From assembly GCA_964247955.1 (NCBI GenBank), contig CAXTWT010000002.1, positions 1-46,594 on the forward strand: DNA of 46,594 nucleotides. Direction: 5' to 3'. Below are positions 43,464 to 46,594 of this stretch, in pieces; position 1 is the stretch's first letter, and each line of letters starts with the position of its first letter. The stretch comes from an uncultured Bryobacteraceae bacterium (GTDB lineage: Bacteria > Acidobacteriota > Terriglobia > Bryobacterales > Bryobacteraceae). A program made the translations under genes and the position numbers. The notes below the pieces were generated by a model, which saw nothing but the letters and a program-made list of their open reading frames with translations, was not told the origin of the DNA and made no database searches.

Positions 43464-45035
43464 ATGAACAAATACCTTGCTCTCCTTTCTTTTTCGATCT
43501 GGTTCGGCTTGGCCCATAGTGCGCTGGCACAGAACATGGCTGCGGGCGCTGCCCTGCAGCAAAATCAGAACCCAAGTTCACAGAAACCGATGGATCATGG
43601 CAACATGCCCGGCATGCAGCACGACTCTATGCCGGGCATGGATCACAGCCAGATGCCCGGCATGCAACATGATATGGGAGGCATGCAGCACAATCAGCCC
43701 GCGCGGGCGACGGATCATCCGGCGGAAAACACCCGTCCCCAGACGCCTGTTCCCGATCTACTCCAAGAGGTGGTGGCGCGGTCCGCCCTGCCGCTCCATC
43801 AATTCGAGCAGTGGGCTCTGGCCACGAATCCGACCTTACAGCAAGCGAATGCCATTGTCCGGCAATCGGCGGGACAGGCCCGGCAAGCCGGTTTGTTGCC
43901 GAACCCTTCGGTAGGTTATCAAGGGGAGCAAATCCGCGGCGGCGCCTACGGAGGCGGCGAGCAGGGGGCCTTTGTCCAACAAAACATCGTGCTCGGCGGC
44001 AAGTTAGGGCTGCGAAGGAATATCTACGAGCAGCAGCGTCGGATGGATGAAGTCGGAGTGACGGAGCAGCGCTATCGAATTTTGAGCGACGTGGGGCAAA
44101 GCTTCTACGCGGCCCTAGCCGCCCAGGAGATCGTGGCTGTGCGTCATCGGCTTCTCGGACTGGCCATGGACGCTGTTGAAACGGCTCACCAGTTGGCTAA
44201 TGTCGGACAGGCAGACGGGCCCGATGTTCTGCAATCCGAAGTCGAAGCCGAGCAGGCCAAGGTCGATTACCTCACTGCGCAACGCACCTATCTGCAGGAG
44301 TTCCGCGCTTTAGCGGCGCTGGTCGGGAAGGCCGACTTGCCGCCGGCACCGCTCACCGGTGATCTCGCCAACCCGCCTTCGATCAACGAGGGTGAGATCG
44401 TCGAGCAAATTGTCGAGGGAAGCCCCGAAGTAAAACGGGCGCAGCAAGACATCCTCCACGCCGAAGCCGAATTAAAAAGCGCCCAACGAGAGCCGATCCC
44501 GGACTTACAGCTCCGCGCCGGCTTTGAGCAGAACTATGAACGGATCACAGAATCGAGTCTCAGGCCGGTGGGCCTGCAGGCGTTTGCCACTGTAGGCATC
44601 AATCTTCCCCTGTTTAATCGGAATCAAGGCAATGTGGCGGCGGCCCGGGCCGACTTGGAACGGGCGCAGGCCGAAGTGAGCCGCGTGCGGTTGTCGTTAC
44701 GCCGCAGCGCACAGCCTTTGTTGCAAGCCTACCTTTCCGGGCAGGTCGAAGCGAACCGCTATCAGAAGGAGATGATCCCGCGAGCCCAGCAAGCTTATCG
44801 GCTTTATTTTGCCAAATACCAGCAGATGGGCGCGGCTTATCCGCAAGTGATTGTGTCCCAGAGAACTCTGTTTCAGTTGCAAGTCGGCTACATTAACGCT
44901 CTCGAAGGACTCTGGAGCACGGCCATTGCTCTCCAAAATTATCTGCTGACTGACGGCCTGACGGCGCCGACACCGTTCGGCACAACCAGCACCACCCTAA
45001 ACCTGCCCAATGCCGGCGGAGCGGGCGCGCCATAG
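43464..45035 (+). CDS. TolC/OEP-family outer-membrane protein with N-terminal Met/His-rich repeats
   Basis: Signal peptide MNKYLALLSFSIWFGLAHSALAQ, then MDHGNMPGMQHDSMPGMDHSQMPGMQHDMGGMQHNQ, then two OEP repeats (..LHQFEQWALATNPTLQQA.., ..IVEGSPEVKRAQ..). Confidence 0.88.
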   Translation: MNKYLALLSFSIWFGLAHSALAQNMAAGAALQQNQNPSSQKPMDHGNMPGMQHDSMPGMDHSQMPGMQHDMGGMQHNQPARATDHPAENTRPQTPVPDLLQEVVARSALPLHQFEQWALATNPTLQQANAIVRQSAGQARQAGLLPNPSVGYQGEQIRGGAYGGGEQGAFVQQNIVLGGKLGLRRNIYEQQRRMDEVGVTEQRYRILSDVGQSFYAALAAQEIVAVRHRLLGLAMDAVETAHQLANVGQADGPDVLQSEVEAEQAKVDYLTAQRTYLQEFRALAALVGKADLPPAPLTGDLANPPSINEGEIVEQIVEGSPEVKRAQQDILHAEAELKSAQREPIPDLQLRAGFEQNYERITESSLRPVGLQAFATVGINLPLFNRNQGNVAAARADLERAQAEVSRVRLSLRRSAQPLLQAYLSGQVEANRYQKEMIPRAQQAYRLYFAKYQQMGAAYPQVIVSQRTLFQLQVGYINALEGLWSTAIALQNYLLTDGLTAPTPFGTTSTTLNLPNAGGAGAP

Positions 45036-45046
45036 GAGCAGCATTC

Positions 45047-45670
45047 ATGCGACTCATTCTCTGGTTTTTGCTGGGCGCTCTCGCCTTTCCCCTGGTAATT
45101 TGCTTGGCCGGAATTGTCTACTTAAAAACCGGCTCTCACGGGTTTAGCGCCCGCGCTCAGCCGATGGGAATGGAAAAATTCGCGGCGGTGCAGGCCCGGC
45201 TGATGGCGATGCCGTCTGATGCCAAAAACCAAAAAAATCCCGTGCCGAATTCCCAGGAAGTGATCGCCGAGGGGCGAGCGCATTGGGCCGACCATTGCGC
45301 GGTTTGCCATGCCAACAACGGCAGTGGGCAAACCGAGATGGGCCAGAACCTGTATCCGCCTGCTCCGGACATGCGAAAGAAGGAAACGCAGGAGATGACA
45401 GATGGCGAGCTGTTCTATGCCATCGAAAACGGCGTGCGTCTCAGCGGCATGCCAGCCTGGGGCAGCGACTCCGACCATGACAAAACAGCATCCTGGAATC
45501 TCGTTCGCTTTATTCGCCATCTGCCCGATCTTTCACCGGAGGAAATCAGCGAAATGGAAAAGCTCAACCCGAAAACTCCCGACGAGCTGCAGGAAGAGCA
45601 GGAAGAGCAGCAGTTTTTGAAGGGCCAGCCTTCGAACCCATCAACCACAACCACACAACACCATCATTAA
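45047..45670 (+). CDS. Membrane-anchored mono-haem c-type cytochrome
   Basis: N-terminal TM segment, haem site CAVCHANNG, a distal Met candidate in LSGMPAWG, and an acidic/His tail ...QEEQEEQQ...TTTTQHHH. Confidence 0.85.
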   Translation: MRLILWFLLGALAFPLVICLAGIVYLKTGSHGFSARAQPMGMEKFAAVQARLMAMPSDAKNQKNPVPNSQEVIAEGRAHWADHCAVCHANNGSGQTEMGQNLYPPAPDMRKKETQEMTDGELFYAIENGVRLSGMPAWGSDSDHDKTASWNLVRFIRHLPDLSPEEISEMEKLNPKTPDELQEEQEEQQFLKGQPSNPSTTTTQHHH

Positions 45671-45681
45671 GGAGAAATATC

Positions 45682-46038
45682 ATGCAGATCAGACAGATCA
45701 GAAAACCGATTTACCCCGCCCTCGCTGCCTTTTTCGCCTTGCTGTTAGGGTCGGTCAGCGCCTTGGCGCATCCCGGCATGGAGCACGTCATGGGAACCGT
45801 GGCCGCCGTCACGGAAAACTCGATCACCGTGGAAACCGTGAAACACACCAAAGTCACAGTTCTCCTTGACCCTTCCACGAAGTTCACCAACAGCAATGCG
45901 TCCGCCTCGCTAAAAGACTTGAAAGTGGGAGATCGCGTCGTGATTCATGCCAAGCCGAATGCCGACAAACAGCTAGTCGGAGCAGAGGTGAAGTGGGGCA
46001 CTAGCTCTATGCCGGCGGATCACAAGGAAGGTATGTGA
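45682..46038 (+). CDS. Small periplasmic protein with N-terminal His/Met motif
   Basis: Signal peptide ..AAFFALLLGSVSALA, then mature HPGMEHVMGTVAAV..ITVETVKHTKVTVLL...LKDLKVGDRVVIHAK..., a beta-rich OB/DUF5666-like pattern. It is the last gene of the copper cluster. Confidence 0.6.
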   Translation: MQIRQIRKPIYPALAAFFALLLGSVSALAHPGMEHVMGTVAAVTENSITVETVKHTKVTVLLDPSTKFTNSNASASLKDLKVGDRVVIHAKPNADKQLVGAEVKWGTSSMPADHKEGM

Positions 46039-46176
46039 TCAACGAAAATAAAAATACCCGACCGTGTTGCCTCAACGAAGAATGTTACCGCACCGTAATT
46101 GTCACAAAGCCGCTCGTTTGGATTATGTCTTGATCTATTACGAAGGGATCATCGTCGTCGCCGCGTGTGCGAATGT

Positions 46177-46205
46177 GGAAATCCTGCACAAGGGGCAGGA
46201 TTTCC
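46177..46205. repeat. 11-bp-stem hairpin in the gap between the copper cluster and the terminal transposase
   Basis: ggaaatcctgc-acaaggg-gcaggatttcc. A second, imperfect nested inverted repeat follows at about 46216-46262 (ggaaag..gggaaaccc..gggttttcc..ctttcc). Confidence 0.5.
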
Positions 46206-46268
46206 AAGGAGCGTAGGAAAGGGTTGGGAAACCCGGTGTTTGGGTTTTCCAGGCTTTCCTGGGCTCCG

Positions 46269-46594
46269 TCATTGGCACAGCGGAAGTGGCGCTTCCCTCG
46301 GAGAACAGTAGTCCGGTTCCCTCCCTGCCAACAGCGGAAGAGTGGGGAGCCCTGTTTCTTCGCCGCCCATCACGAGGTGTCGCGCGATCTCACTTCTCCA
46401 CTGCTTCACGCGCTGCTGCAAAGTACGTAGTTGGCTGTTCGGAAAGAGATCCGGAAACTCTGCTTGCAGACGAAGGAAGAGATCTTTGGCTTGGCTATTC
46501 GGCTGCTCTTCGAGCCATTGCAGCACCAGCGGCCAGACCGCCTCAAACGGGTCTTGCCGCGTGCGCCAGTCACGGACCGCCACTTTCTTCCGGT
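46269..46594 (-). CDS. Transposase/integrase C-terminal part, truncated by the window edge
   Basis: The frame is open to the window end. ..WRTRQDPFEAVWPLVLQWLEEQPNSQAKDLFLRLQAEFPDLFPNSQLRTLQQRVKQWR is a tail I associate with rve (DDE integrase-type) transposases. The family is not resolved. Confidence 0.5.
   Translation of the reverse strand, partial: RKKVAVRDWRTRQDPFEAVWPLVLQWLEEQPNSQAKDLFLRLQAEFPDLFPNSQLRTLQQRVKQWRSEIARHLVMGGEETGLPTLPLLAGREPDYCSPREAPLPLCQ

Noticed and set aside
1-46594. The idea that TGA or TAG is reassigned in this organism, because three genes carry single in-frame stops.
   Set aside because: TGA, TAG and TAA all terminate many well-conserved genes here at the expected protein ends (for example czcA-like TGA at 10721-10723 and ClC TGA at 33558-33560). 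A global code change is therefore not supported. Only a local recoding (Sec) hypothesis survives, for 35633.

Overview
GC-rich bacterial accessory region. The PadR regulator paired with a duplicated MacB/FtsX 'ADOP'-type permease suggests Acidobacteriota. The window is a mosaic of efflux and metal-homeostasis modules separated by insertion-sequence debris. Left to right: (1) a VanZ-like gene and a nest of two IS6-family copies plus an IS256-family remnant. (2) A divergent OmpR/heavy-metal-type two-component pair and a CzcCBA/CusCBA-type RND operon (2463-10723). (3) An IS graveyard (11640-19480): an IS5/IS427-like element with target-site duplication, an older DDE transposase remnant, an IS66-family element whose tnpAB and tnpC are separated by a 3.1-kb padR-ADOP cassette, and an HtrA protease pseudogene. 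(4) An outer-membrane barrel gene, a degenerate receiver protein, an atypical NarL-type regulator and an RraA-like gene. (5) A NarX/NarL-type two-component pair followed by a second RND tripartite pump (23309-31550). (6) A ClC channel. (7) A soft-metal island (about 34005-46100) bounded by IS scars. It holds a four-gene module (Cys-rich anchor protein, OM beta-barrel, periplasmic MerP-like HMA protein, MerT-like membrane protein), a BNR beta-propeller protein, a csoR / YHS-protein / P1B-ATPase operon, and a cluster of Cys/His-rich anchor protein, multicopper oxidase, Met-rich TolC-like protein, cytochrome c and a small periplasmic protein. The most interesting signal is in the MerP-like gene: an in-frame TGA sits exactly at the first Cys of the GMxCxxC metal site and is followed 11 nt later by a 17-nt hairpin with GGU at its apex. 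This points to a candidate selenocysteine (UxxC) metal-binding protein that ordinary ORF calling truncates. No rRNA, tRNA or CRISPR array was recognised. Family assignments come from reading motifs by eye, not from database searches.
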